This document shows positions 1-13,076 of a stretch of 64,000 nt of DNA, in pieces. How positions within the stretch are numbered: position 1 is the stretch's first letter; each line of letters opens with the position of its first letter. The stretch is from Octopus vulgaris (taxonomy: Eukaryota). The stretch spans positions 47,306,001 to 47,370,000 of the forward strand of contig OX597826.1 of assembly GCA_951406725.2 (NCBI GenBank), in the 5' to 3' direction. The notes below the pieces were generated by a model, which ran no database searches, had not been told where the DNA came from, and was given only the letters and a program-made list of their open reading frames with translations. The translations under genes were made by a program, and so were the position numbers.

Positions 1-116
1 ATCGACCTCTACAGGATGAAATGCAAGGTCTACCACTGCGGTATTTGAACTCAGAATGAACGAAATGCTTCTAAGCTTTTTGCCACACGTGCCAATGATT
101 TTGCCAGCTCGCAGCC
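1..116 (-). mobile_element. SINE family A, decayed 5' part
   Basis: Reverse complement matches the family-A head and core (gctggcaaaatc..ttagaagcatttcg..ttctgagttcaaat..ttcatcct) seen many times in the window. Confidence 0.75.
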
Positions 117-694
117 AATATGTCTCAAATATATTAACGATGTAAAAGATTAATGATGTTCATAATGAGGAAAGACAATGATAATGAAGTTAATACCAAT
201 TACCAGCTTATCCCTAATTGCAACAACGGTTTCCGTGGGTGAGAAGAGAGTTAAGTGTTAAATTAAGGTCCGTATATTAAATAACTTTTAAACTACAGCC
301 ACCTATCATTTACATGTTTTAAGAGTCTTTTGTTAATTGCTTTAAATGTATATGAAGTCGAGAGCAAACCTTGATACTCTTTCCGTTTCTTCATCCTAAA
401 CCAAGCATCAGATGCAGGACCTGACATCTTGAGAGGTAGAGAAGGCTCAACAATCAATCAGTTGCTGCTTGTTTACTGTTGAGTTGACTGAAACAACGTG
501 AAATGAAGTGCTATGCTCACTGAGACAACGTAACCTCCGGCCCTAGGACTGAACCTGCAACTTTGTGATTGTCACAGGACTTGCTGTCCAATCATCATAT
601 CCAAATTTACAATAGTCTTCCGTTGGATGCAACGTAAGCCATTGTTCCGATTCGGGTTTGATTGGCATTTTGTATTAAATTCTTTATCATCGTC

Positions 695-695
<1 letters not shown>

Positions 696-786
<91 letters not shown>

Positions 787-790
787 AATC
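696..790. repeat. compound (AAT)n(GAT)n microsatellite
   Basis: Read directly; source of the poly-I/H/Y ORFs. Confidence 0.95.
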
Positions 791-837
791 ATTATCTTCA
801 TGATTAATTTTATTATCTTCATAAGATAAAGGACAGT

Positions 838-1012
838 CAATTGGCAGAAACGTCAGAATGTCGAAAACGTAATACTTTGCGGTATTGGTTCCAGTTCTTG
901 ATATTCTGTGTACAAATCCGGCCGAGGCCAACTTTAATTTTCTTTTCTCCGGGGTCGATAAAATTGGGTACCTGTCAATTATTTGTGTCGATTGTATCGA
1001 CTTAGCCCCCTC
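838..1012 (+). mobile_element. SINE family A, decayed
   Basis: tggcagaaacgtcag...aaatccggccgaggccaacttt...ggggtcgataaaattgggtacc. Confidence 0.7.
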
Positions 1013-1469
1013 ACACACGAGCAAACATGTACAATAACATACAGATACATTGTGATTTATGGCAAAAATGCAGTGTATATGTGGATAACAATAACTGAGT
1101 TGCAGATTGAGCTGACATGGATATTTTGTAATGTACTGAAGAAGTTAAGTGAAAGTATGCGGCCGAATTGTTAGAATATCCCGTACACGATCTTCAAAAA
1201 CATGAGTTCAATTCTTGACACCGTGTGGAACGTTGTGTTCTAGAACAAAATACTTAATTTCCCGTCGTTCCAATCTACTCCCTTGTAAAAGCTCTTCCAC
1301 CTACCCATGAATCCCGGTTTATCTGCTGAGTCAAAGCCAGGGGCCTACAGGGTATCGATATCTGTTCGCATCTGCGTAGGTACCGAAATCAAGAAATGAA
1401 AGCATGGTGTATATTACCAACCGTCGCGAGTACCAAAATCTTGTGGTCGCAACGGATCCAGTTATCACA

Positions 1470-1645
1470 CATTATTTGCCATTGAGAGGTTTTTCTTGTC
1501 ATTTATCAGTCAGAATATTTAAGGCAGCAGTTTTAGCACGGGTTTTCATGCGCTTAGCTTTGTCTGCGCTTGTTTCTCGTATGTCTAATTCCGGAATGTG
1601 TTGTGTTCGGAATTCACTTAGATATTCTTTTGCCTGTTTGTTACT
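1470..1645 (-). pseudogene. probable R4/Dong-like LINE ORF fragment (post-RT region)
   Basis: Minus frame NKQAKEYLSEF...KAKRMKTRAKTAALNILTDK*QEKPLNGK resembles the 'W..K.LHG' block preceding the zinc knuckle; abuts (TAA)n. Confidence 0.45.
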
Positions 1646-1646
1646 G

Positions 1647-1893
<247 letters not shown>

Positions 1894-2335
1894 CTAGGTT
1901 GCTTATATTTTAAATTTCTGCTAGTACTAGTAAAAATGGTAGTTTTTATTTACAGATACAGTGCTGTTGGTGTTGATGTTAATAATTCTTTAAGGAAAGC
2001 AGTAGTATATACAGGTTTATAGTAGAGGTGGTGGCATGAATGGAAATGTCAATAGGTTTTAGCAGTGGTGGTGACTGGGGTTTTGTGGGTGATGGCGACG
2101 GTATTGGTGTGGGGGTCGGCGTGTTCCCATTGATAGCCGTCAAAGCGGTGTCAATAGCAACGCGGAGACTGGAAATATACAGATGATTTTTATGATTTTT
2201 AATGATGGAATTTATATTAACGTAACAGAAATCCCCATGGGATGGATCAAATGGCCGAGAATACCTCGTCAAGTAAATTTCCCGATTCAATGAGAGATTG
2301 TGAAAGCGTACGTAGATACACAGACACATAAACTT

Positions 2336-2354
2336 ACATACATACATACCTACA

Positions 2355-2426
<72 letters not shown>

Positions 2427-2571
2427 TATAAAACATATACATATATATGTGTGTATATATATTTATATATTACATATACAAATATCTATACATAAATATA
2501 TACATATATATGTGTGTATATATATATATATATACTACATATACAAATATCTATACATAAATATATACATA

Positions 2572-2652
<81 letters not shown>

Positions 2653-2835
2653 GGTCTGCAAGTATGAGAGTACGTTTTTCTGTAAGTATATTTGAATGTA
2701 AGTATGTATGTATGTATGTATGTATGTAGGTAGGTAGGTAAGTAGGTAGGTAGGTAGGTAGGTAGGTAGGTAGGTAGGTAGGTAGGTAGGTAGGTAGGTA
2801 GGTAGGTATGTAGCTACGTACGTACGTACGTACGC
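2336..2835. repeat. compound (TACA)n/(TA)n/(GA)n/(TAGG)n microsatellite with a ~70-bp local tandem duplication
   Basis: Read directly; tacatatacaaatatctatacataaatatatacatatatatgtgtg occurs twice (~2471 and ~2536). Confidence 0.9.
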
Positions 2836-3384
2836 TCGTATGTAGGTATTGATGGATGGATGTAATTATAATACACACTACGCATGTTTTTACTATGTAT
2901 GTATGTAGGCAAGCAGGTATGTATATCCTCATGCAGGTTTGTATGTAATTGTGTAAGTATGTATCTATAAATTTGATATGCGTACATAAATATTTCAAGA
3001 AAAATGCATGAGAAACTAAATATTTAGATATTTTCTTATCGAAATTGTTTTCTTTATTTTTTATCAAAATAATAATTCACTGCAGGTGATTATTATAACT
3101 AATGAATATTTCATATTTTTGCCGACGTAATTAAAAATAATAAACACAATGGCGGTGTCGGATATGCCGGCAAAAGCGACGTTGTATTGAAAGAGTATAG
3201 CGGTGGTAGTGTTGCTCCTGGTGGTAGTGGTCTTTTTACTGGTGGTAGTAGTGGTAATAGTGATGAGAGCAGTGGTAATGATTTTGGTGATAGCGCCGAT
3301 AGGGTTGATGGCGGCGACGCTGACAATCATGAATATGATTACGTTGCTGATGATGCTTTTGATAAATAACCTAGTACTGCGATC

Positions 3385-3871
3385 TTCTTCTTCCAATTAG
3401 GACTCACGCCATTAGCCACAAAAAATAATCTCTAATTCGAGCCTACTCTAACCTACTAAGAATGCGTGTGGCAACTTGAAGATCCACCCACCACACGCGA
3501 TAGGCTGGCGGTTGCACGGGCGCGAAAGCTACGTTGTTATCCTCATTCCGTAAACGGTGGCTTTTAACGGGTGGAGAGCTGAACCATACTGGGGTGCAGA
3601 TGATTCGTAATCTTGACTATGGTCTGAAAGTTTACTACACCATAGTGGGTTACACCATGGTTCTTCTGCTTTGTAGCAGAAGTAGGAAGAAAGAGTGAGA
3701 GAAAGTGGTGGTAAAGAGTACAGCGGGGTTCACCACTCTCTCTCCGCCGGAACATCGTGGAGCTTAGGTGTTTTTGCTCAATAAACACTCACAATGCCCG
3801 GTCTGGGAATCGAAACTGCGTTCTTACGACCACGAGTCCGCTGCCCTAACCACTGGGCCATTGCGCCTCCA
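3385..3871 (-). mobile_element. SINE group B head with an alternative 3' body ending in (GAA)n
   Basis: 3675-3871 matches the 5' part of the full copy at 50385-50771 (tRNA-like ggaggcgcaatggcccagtggttagggc...gtttcgattccc). The rest differs and ends cctaattggaagaagaag on the minus strand. Confidence 0.7.
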
Positions 3872-3874
3872 CAG

Positions 3875-4130
3875 TGCTGCTGTTGCTATTGTTGTTGTTG
3901 TTGCTGCTGCTGCTGCTGCGGCTGCTACAACTGTTACTACCGATGATGATGATAATGATGATGATGATGGTAGTGGTGGTGATGGTGGTGGTGGTGGTGG
4001 TGGTGGTGGTGGTGGTGGTGGTGGTGGTGATGGTGGTGGTGGTGGTGGTGGTGATGGTGGTGGTGGTGGTGGTGGTGGTGATGATGATGATGATGATGCA
4101 GTTGGCGCTTATGCCGATTATGATAATGAT
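3875..4130. repeat. compound (GCT)/(GAT)/(GGT)n microsatellite
   Basis: Read directly; explains the poly-G/D/V ORFs. Confidence 0.95.
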
Positions 4131-4665
4131 GATAGGAAGACGGTGATGAAGCAGCAATGGCGATTGCTGTTTCTTTCTTTCTAGAGATTTCATCATCCGA
4201 AAGAGCAGTTGTGATATCCGTAATGGAATAGTCAAGACGTTACAGCCAAACAAATCCGTTTTGCAAACTGGGATGCGCAGATAGACCTAGACCCTCTTAA
4301 GCAGAAGATGTAGTTTGTTCATGCGCAATCAACAAAGAGAGATTAACCTGCGTCGATGAAAAACGAAAACCCAGCTGTTTCATGTGCTAAATCCTGCTCT
4401 TGAACTAACAATTCAGGTACATGTACCTTTAATGGTGTTCTCAGTCAGGATCAGTGTGATGTATATGTACCTTATGAATTATAGATGCAGGCTTCTATAC
4501 AGTTTCCGTTAATCCAGATTCATCCGCAAAGTGTAAGTCGAGCATTTGGCTAAGATCCCAAGTGCAACGAACACAAACCCGCGTGGTTGCAAAACGAAGA
4601 TTTCAAAATATTTTGCCACGCTGAATGTGTGCGTGTGCGCGCGAGTGTTTTATATACATATATAC

Positions 4666-4700
<35 letters not shown>

Positions 4701-4844
4701 TGTATGTATGTATGTATGTATGTATGTGTGTATGCGTATATAAAGTTTCCAGTACACTCTGTCTTCCGTATCAGATATTTAGAATATACACAACGTAGAT
4801 CCAGCTATTACTATTAATTAGTTGTAAGGCGGGGATCAAGGAGA

Positions 4845-5350
4845 GTCATTAGCACCCCAGGCCAAATGCTTGTGGCGTTTCTCGGTCTCTATGGTCTGTG
4901 TTCAAATTTTGCCGTCCTTGCCTTTCATCCTTTCGGGGCTGATAAAATAAGTGCCAATTGAACACTGGAATCGATGCAATCAACTTAATCCCTACTCTGA
5001 AATTGCTGAGTTTGTGCCAAAATTTGAAATCAGTATTTTTATTCAATTGTAAGACGCTGAGCCAGCAGAATCGTTTGCACGCAGGGCAAAATGGTTAGAG
5101 GCATTTCGTCCATGTTTACGTACTTAGTCGAATCTGCAAAGATCGAATCAGCCAAAGTCGAATCCGCCAAGGTCGAATCCGCCATGATCGAATCCGTTAA
5201 GGTCGAATCAGCCAAGGTCGAATCAGCCAGGGTCGAATCAAACTTTCATCCTTTCAGAGTCGATAAAATAAGTACCAGTTGAGTATTGGATCGATATAAA
5301 CAACCTATACCCTTCTCCAAAATTGCTGGACTTGAGCTAAAATTTGAAAT
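4845..5350 (+). mobile_element. two adjacent SINE-A copies; the second carries an internal 15-bp minisatellite
   Basis: Family-A core (gcctttcatcctttc..gataaaataagt.cca) occurs twice; GTCGAATCCGCCAAG-like unit repeated ~7.5 times at 5127-5240. Confidence 0.8.
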
Positions 5351-5559
5351 CATTATTATTCAGTTACCATACTTTTATAGTCTATTTTCATTGCATCGCA
5401 GACTGCAGCCTTGTATGCTTTAGTGTTGTGTAAGTTTTATCATTCTTAATATAATAACAGTACATAATATTTCGGCTGTCTCCAGCAATGCTATTTGCTG
5501 TACTTAACATGTTCAGCAAACAGCACACGTGAGTTCAGGGACAGATTTTGCTTTCAGGT

Positions 5560-6120
5560 TCCCCCATTTTGTATTTCATGATAATTACATGAGAAGCATA
5601 CTTTCAAAACCGGTATAAGTGCATATGCCGCTAAAGATATGGGTGTAAGTGCAGATGAAATGATGGGCAAAGAAGAGTTTAACCAGAGAGCTGAGGAGAA
5701 GAGAAAAGACCTACTTGAAATGAGAAAGCATGGGTAGTTTGAAAGGAATACACAATACGTTAAGGATAATACAGCATCTTGGGCATGGCTTGAGCGAGTT
5801 GATTCGAAGCGTACCACTGAAAGCCTGATCATTGCTGCACAAGACCGGGCTCCCGCTACCATATTAGTGAAGTATAAGATCTATAAAACTTCTGGCACCC
5901 AGAAATGCAGACTCTGTGGGAAATGTGACCCATGTGGTAAGTTGATGTGAGAGCCTTGCAGAAAAAGAATACAAACGCCGCTACGGTAAAGTATATGTGC
6001 ATCTTCACTGGCTCTTATGCCGTAAATACCAATATGAAGTAACAGAGAACTAGTATGAGCATGTACCAAGTAAAGTTATGCACGAAGATGGAAAAGTAAC
6101 GATACCCTGGGACTATGATT
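5560..6120 (+). pseudogene. R4/Dong-clade non-LTR retrotransposon fragment (zinc knuckle to start of RLE domain)
   Basis: Frameshifted translation: ASWAWLE..SKRTTESLIIAAQDRA..KCRLCGK..HLHWLLCRKY..YEHVPSKVMHEDGKVTIPWDYDF, the typical R4/Dong motifs. Confidence 0.85.
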
Positions 6121-6513
6121 TTACCACTTGAGCATGTCCCTTTAGCGGCTGACAATATGTGCATGTGATCACGAGCAGAAGCAGTGGGGGAGCATCATAG
6201 CCGTGTGTTGAGGGGAATTCTCTGGGGTTTGAATAATTCATCACTGGAAACATGGGTGTTTCGTTCATCATGTTGAAACAACCCTTATTCGGAGACCTTT
6301 TGAGCGAGATGGGCTACTCGACCAGAAGAAAATTCTGAGCCCCCTCCCGGAAGGTCATGCGCTGTTTATCTTGATATGCTATCACCATGTTGTGCACATA
6401 TGGTTGTGATGCATGTACCTGGTATATCCTTGTCACACGGGTAGTCATGATGGGTATACTGGGCTTCGTATATTTTACCCCAGTGTCACTTAGATGGCAT
6501 GCACTGCTCTCTC
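6121..6513 (+). mobile_element. unclassified element D, truncated at one end, with (AAT)n tail
   Basis: Clear reverse-complement homology to 40029-40430; followed by (AAT)n. Confidence 0.75.
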
Positions 6514-6900
6514 AATAATAATAATAATAATAATAATGATAATAATGATAATAACAACAATGACAGTAGCAACAACAACAATAATAATAAAATAATGATG
6601 TCGATGATAAAGATGCTAATGATGATGATGGTGATGATTTATTTGTCACTGTAGCATCTAATGAGAGCGAGTTACATGACCAGTTTACAATTTGTTGAAC
6701 GGTTTATATAAAAATACGATGGCAGGAAAGAGAGAGGAAAGAAAAAAGGTAATGGTAATGGTGGTTGTAGTGATGATGATGATGATGATGATAATGGTTG
6801 TGGTGGTGGTGGTGGTGGTGATGGAAAAATGGATGAAGAAGTATGGAAATGAAGATGGAAAACAAAGAGAAGACGTAGGAAAGTGAGAAAAATGAAGATA

Positions 6901-6961
<61 letters not shown>

Positions 6962-6997
6962 CGTCGTCGTCGTCGTAGTAGTAGTAGTAGTAGTAGT

Positions 6998-7051
<54 letters not shown>

Positions 7052-7134
7052 TTTTCTATGATGGCAATGATGATGATGACGACGATGACGACGATGATGA
7101 CAGCGATGATGATGACGACGGCAACGACGACGAC

Positions 7135-7170
<36 letters not shown>
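6901..7170. repeat. (TAG)n and (GAT/GAC)n microsatellites
   Basis: Read directly. Confidence 0.95.
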
Positions 7171-7590
7171 AGCAAAAATGAAATCAACAAAAATACATCG
7201 TCATACTTTCTTCATCAGTATTTTAATTCGTGATTATAAAACATTTAAGGACAGATGTGGTTCCTATCTTTAAGACACGGATAAGGCTTCACTTGAAGCA
7301 TATTTAAAAAGCATTAAACTTTAAATAAACGAAACAAAAACAAATCTGTGATAAGATGAAAGATAGAAATATATAGCATTAATGACGAGCGAGTTAGAGG
7401 TGACGAACGCTGCTAATACGTAAGAACAAAATGGTGGAAAAAGAAAACGAACGGAAAATTTATAGAATAAGAATTTAACAAGGAAAATACGGAGAAAAAA
7501 TGCATTTGGCGATAAAAGGGGAAAATGACAAATGCTCAAGACAAATACAATACTGCTGCTGGTGCTACTGGTGCTGCTGCTGTTGCTGCT

Positions 7591-7663
<73 letters not shown>

Positions 7664-8087
7664 GAAGCTACTTCATTTAAAAAGTTCTCTCGCCATGTTA
7701 GCTTATTAACTCTCTACCTCTCTGTCTCCCTTCAGAAACAACCGAAGTTAAAATATTCTAGCATTACTGTCCTATTTTGCTGGGCTTTTGTCACAGCTTG
7801 CTCGAATGCCTTAAATGCAGTCATTTTAAGGCAAGTTATGGAATATTTTTATAAACATTTTAATTTATTTCTTCTTGGCGGCATTATAAAAATCATAGAT
7901 ATTAATAAAAAGGATTTTTTTTTCTCATCAAAGTTATAAACATTACATTTATCGTCTTTTTGCACAACAACGTTGGAGGCTTGCTTGCTCGCCCGCGATG
8001 TACCCACTAATTCCCGCTCATCTATAATGGAAATCTTCATTCTCTCCCCTGTTACATAACAACCTTTTCACTCTCAAATAAAAAAAA

Positions 8088-8675
8088 ATTCTTTTCTACT
8101 CTAGGCACAAGGCCCGAAATTTTAGGGGGAAGTGCAGTCGATTAGATCGACCCCAGTACGCAACTGGTACTTTCATCTCGAAAAGATGAAGGGCAAAGTG
8201 ACCTCGGCGGAATTTGAACTCAGAATGTAAGGAGAGACGATTTACCGCTAGGTATTTCACCCAGCGCGGTAAAGTTTTTTAAAAATTTCTTTATTACCCA
8301 CAAGGGGCTAAACATAGAGGGGAAAAACAAGGACAGACAAAGGGATTAAGTCAATTGCATCGACTCCAGTGCGTAACTGGTACTTAATTTATCAGCCCCG
8401 AAAGGATGAAAGGCAAAGTCGACCTCGGCGGAATTTGAACTCAGAACGTAACGACAGACGTAATATATGTTTCTTTATTACCCACAAGGGGCTAAACATA
8501 GTGGTGACAAACAAGGACAGGCAAACGGATTAAGTCGATTACATCGACCCCAGTGCATAACTGGTACTTAATTTATCGACCCCGAAAGGATGAAAGCCAA
8601 AGTTGACCTTGAATTCAGAACGTAACGGCAGACGTAATATTGTTAAGCGTGGTAACGTTCTTGCCAGCTCGTCGC
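8088..8675 (-). mobile_element. SINE-A dimer (8280-8675) plus an adjacent SINE-A monomer of the other tail type (8088-8272)
   Basis: Repeated aaaggatgaaaggcaaagtcgacctcggcggaatttgaactcagaacgt units. Confidence 0.9.
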
Positions 8676-9059
8676 TTTACTCTCAAATTCAAATATTAAT
8701 AGATAACTTAATGCTGAAAGGTTGCAAAAGCGCGAAGCGCAAAACCAGATGGTGCGGTCGATCACCGGATAACATATGATATGGTTCCTCAAATGTGGAT
8801 TCTGGATTGCTTGAAAAGTTTTGGAGTTGCACACAATATCGACAATCTATTGGATCGAAGTAAGAGTGGATGGAACACTGAACTCTCTTCGGGGCAGCAA
8901 AGGCTAGACTTTGTCAACATCAGATGTGGAATCTTCCAGAGAATTACCTTATCATCTTTGCTTTTTGTATCGTGTATGATATTGCAGATTTTGATTTTGA
9001 GAAACACGAATACTGGAAATGAGTTCAAGGAAAGACTAACTAAGATCAATGATCTCCTT

Positions 9060-9225
9060 AGGAGTGACAGTGTGATAAGTAGCTTGCTCACCAACCACAT
9101 GGTTCCAGATTCAGTCCCACTGAGTGGCACCTTGGGCAAGTGTCTTCTACTATAGTCTCGGGCCGACCAAAGCCTTGTGCGTAAATTTGGTAGACGGAAA
9201 CTGAAAGAAGCCCGTCGTATATATG

Positions 9226-9304
<79 letters not shown>

Positions 9305-9305
9305 A
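9060..9305 (+). mobile_element. SINE family C (CORE-type), 5' half
   Basis: Matches 13294-13460 (ccttgggcaagtgtcttctactatag...gaaactgaaagaagcccgtcg) then (TA)n(TG)n; splits the LINE RT. Confidence 0.85.
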
Positions 9306-9809
9306 TGTGTTTGTAAAAAGAGTAAAAAAAATATAGAAGAATTTGAAACTATGGGAAAGACGAAAGTCAGCTGAATTCATTGTTTCAAACTATGCATTGT
9401 TTTAGTGCAGACATTTAAGTGAAATTTGGACGGAAAATGTGTGCAGTGTTGGTTTCAAAAAGTTGAAAACGCGGGTGGCATTTTGTTACTCAAGGGAAAT
9501 GTAAACAAAACAGAATAGAATAAAGGAGACAAGTATCTGAACATAGAAGTAGGCGAAATGATAGAAAGCCAAACGAAGAAGCTATTCTCTCGAGAGTATT
9601 ACAAAAGTTTGAAATTGATTTTGAGAAATAAACTAATGAGTGGAATATATTCCAAGCAATAAATTCATGGGCAATTTGCTCTCTCGAGATATGGAGCAGG
9701 AATGCTACGATGGCAAGCAGAGGAACTACAATTCTTGGAGAAGAAAACTAGAAAACTACAGACAATACACGGAGCGTTCCCTCTGAAAAATAATGTTGAT
9801 AGGCTACAC

Positions 9810-10106
9810 TAGTGATTCCCAAACTTTTTCGGGTTGTCACCTCTTTGGTGCCCAGGACACTTTACTAACTCCCACCACCACCACCACTGACCAGCACAAA
9901 CATAAACCACTTTCTGTAGAAAATTTTAAATAACTGTATTTCACAAATAAAATTGAACCTAATTAATCCACTATGTTTTCTTTACACGCATTGCTCTCTT
10001 TGCGTCACACCATTATTACCCCACTTTTCTTCAACGTACCCCACCCCCACCTTGGATCTTTCAATCACCCTCAAGGGGACAGTATCGCCCACTTTGGGAA
10101 CCTTAT
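9810..10106. mobile_element. hAT/Charlie-like MITE
   Basis: Ends tagtgattcccaaactttt ... cccactttgggaacc resemble CAGTGGTTCCCAAA-type TIRs; it interrupts the LINE between VDRL and RKKG. Confidence 0.7.
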
Positions 10107-11090
10107 GAGAAAGAAAGGAATCCGGAAATTGATAAACTGTGAGGATCGTCTTTAGACTGAGTTAAACAAAAGTGCTTGGTTTATAAAGAATGCAAAATAT
10201 CGTTACTTGAAAAAGGAAGGCAGGCGTGTTACATATGGAAAACATCCTGGACAATATGAATTAAAACAGAAAGACAGAAAGAAGAGGGAAGAGACAACTG
10301 AAGGGAAAAGAAGATGCGTGGTCAGTTCTTAAGAGAGATATCAAAGACACAGACCCAGCTAATAAATATATGTGGTTACAAAAGAAGTGGCCTGAAAACT
10401 TAATCAGGGACTTTAATTTTTGGAGCACAGAAACAAAGATTAAGATTTAACTACACCAAGCGCGATATTGAACAATAAGCAAAATCAAACAAAAGCAGAC
10501 AGTGTGTCGTAATTGGAGATACAGTGTGGAATATTTTGAACAAATGCTGCAAATTGGTCCAGAGAAAATACAAGAAAAGGTATGGCATTGTCAGCGGGAA
10601 CTACATGACACATTCGAATTGGAAAGAGGAAAGAAAACGGTATGAGTATGAATCAAAGGATGTGGTAGAAAATGACTGAGTTAAAATCCTTTCGAACTTC
10701 ATGATCCACTGTGATCGTAGACTCAGACATCAGAAACCCGATATTGTGTACTGGTTGCCGTAGAATGGTCGAAAATGAATGAAAAACTACCGTGAATTTC
10801 CCCGCGGAGAAATCAAATAGCTGAGATCTTTGAAAATAGGAGTATGTTATTTGTTTCAATAATTGGTAGTGCCCTAGTAACAGAGGCAAATAATTTAAAA
10901 CTTGGTTTAAAATGATAGGAATAAAAATGAAATTAGATCATATCCAGAAAACAGCATTATTTGTCTGTGCGATGTGCCCCCGCAAAGTTCTCAATATTTG
11001 AAAAGAAAGTGAACAGCTTATACAAAAATGACACCTCTAACAAGCTGAATAAGTTAGATATTATGATGGAAATAAGAATAAAAATAAAAA

Positions 11091-11330
<240 letters not shown>

Positions 11331-11663
11331 TATGGCGAGAAGGAGGTGGAGGAGGCAGAGGGGTATCATCACCATCACCATGTAATGAGTATGAGGGCTG
11401 GCTAATCAAATGCCAAATAATAAAATTAAAATTAGAGATAGTAGAAAAAAGTTTTAAAAAATAAATAAATCGAGAGCAAATCAATAACAAAAGCACTGAT
11501 AATTATCTGTTAATTAAATTAAATTGTGACTAGTGGAGTTAAGTTTTACAAATGTTTAGATTTTCGAAATATCTAAGAATGTGTGGAAATATCTAAGAAA
11601 GCTAAAGAGGATTTAATTGGTGTTAAAATGGATATAGTCGTCGATTGTGTGCGATTAATAATA

Positions 11664-11990
11664 GCGCTCCGTCAGTTACGACGATGAGTGTTCCAGTTGA
11701 TCCAATCAACGGAACAGCTTGCTCGTGAAATCAACGTGCATGTGGCTGAACACTCCACAGACACGCGTACCCTTAAAGTAGTTCCCAGAGAGGTTCAACG
11801 TGGCACACAGAATGTGACAGAGCCGGCCCTTTGAATTACAGGTACATTTTTGCCAGCTGAGTAGACTGGAGCAACGTTAAATAAAATAAAGTAAAGTATC
11901 TTGCTTCAAGACACAACGCGTCGCCGAGAATCGAACTCTTGACCTTACGACCGCGAGCCGATTACCTTAACCACTGAGCCACGCACCTTC
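11664..11990 (-). mobile_element. SINE group B variant: tRNA head, CORE-like middle, B tail
   Basis: Tail matches 50393-50580; middle gttgctccagtctactcagctggcaaaaatg is shared with 31630-31890. Confidence 0.85.
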
Positions 11991-12084
11991 ATGATTCAAT
12001 GTTCATAAATACATTAGGAAGTTATCAACCATGAATATATTTGCAACTTAAATTGCATTCTTGGTTCTACTTTAGTGGTGACTA

Positions 12085-12500
12085 GGTAAAATTGTTAGTG
12101 CGTCGGACAAAATGCTTAGCAACATTTCTTCAGGCGTTTTACATTCTGAGTTCATATTCCGCCGAGGCTAACTTTGTCTTTCATCCTTCCATGGCTCAGA
12201 AAATAAGTACCAGTTGAATACTCAAGTCGATGTAATGAACTTACACTTTGCCTAAAAGGTTGCTGGCTTTGTGTCAAAATTTGAAACTAGGTTCTGTAAA
12301 GGCAACGAACTGGCAAAGTTGTTAGCACATAGGAGAAAATGCTTGCCAGTATATCTCTGAGTTCAAATCCCACTGCAGTCAACTTTGACTTTCATCCTAT
12401 CGGAGTCGATAAAATAAAGTAATATTCAAGTACTTGGGTCAACATAATCATCTTTACCTCTCCCTTAAAAAATTGCTGGCCACGAACCTTACAAAGGACT
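12085..12500 (+). mobile_element. two decayed SINE-A copies
   Basis: ctgagttca..ttccgccgagg..tttcatcct..aaataagtacc, seen twice. Confidence 0.75.
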
Positions 12501-12589
12501 GGCATCCCATTCAGCTGAATTAGTGTGTATGTGCGTGCGTGTGTGTGTATGTATGTGTGTATGTACATATGCATGTGTATATATGTGTT

Positions 12590-12888
12590 AGGTAGTGGGT
12601 AGCGATTTTCTTCACTACTTCAGGGAGTGACGACCCTGTCTGACACGAGTCCCAGGCTCAACTCGCTCCATTTGACAGTACCCGGTATGGGCCCCTATCC
12701 AGGGTTATGGAAAGGAGACAACCTTCAAACAAATCCGGAGTGTAGCCCCGTAGGCGGTTTAGTGTTCGACTCGACACTCTTCCGGTAGCTCCTGCAACCA
12801 AGCTGGTGCCAAACGTAATGCTCTGCACTCCTTTGGACTACGTCAGCAAGGTTGAGAGAGGAATCCTGGTGATTGGGCTACTCAGGAT
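12590..12888 (+). mobile_element. GC-richer repeat fragment, possibly an RTE-type 5' region
   Basis: Composition shift and a ggaaaggagacaaccttcaaacaaatcc motif reminiscent of RTE 5' UTRs; recognition only. Confidence 0.3.
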
Positions 12889-12889
12889 T

Positions 12890-12993
12890 TAGGTGTTTTC
12901 GTTCAATAAAAAACAACGCCCGGTCTGGGAATCGAAACCGCGATCCTCCGACCCCGAGTCCACTGCCCTAACCACTGGGCCATTACGCCTCCA
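12890..12993 (-). mobile_element. SINE group B head
   Basis: Near-identical to 50667-50771. Confidence 0.85.
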
Positions 12994-12999
12994 CATGTA

Positions 13000-13076
<77 letters not shown>

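Larger units (their letters stand above)
8700..10965 (+). pseudogene. decayed R4/Dong-clade LINE (RT, zinc knuckle, RLE) interrupted by a SINE-C and a hAT MITE
   Basis: YDMVPQMWILDCLKSFG...VNIRCGIFQRITLSSLLF (RT motifs AYDSVPH / RGIFQGDSLSPLLF); QAINSWA..YGAGMLRW..KKTRKL..HGAF..VDRL; RKKGIRKLI; PDIV; IQKTAL. Many stops and frameshifts. Confidence 0.9.

Noticed and set aside
2183-2292. Short plus-strand frame MIFMIFNDGIYINVTEIPMGWIKWPRIPRQ
   Set aside because: No pyrimidine tract at the acceptor and no recognisable family.
4545-4564. TTTGGCTAAGATC match to the U2 snRNA 5' region
   Set aside because: Only 13 nt; lies in a decayed minus-strand SINE-C; the rest of U2 is absent.
5127-5240. CRISPR-like short repeat array
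   Set aside because: Head-to-tail 15-mers without spacers, inside a SINE, in eukaryotic DNA.
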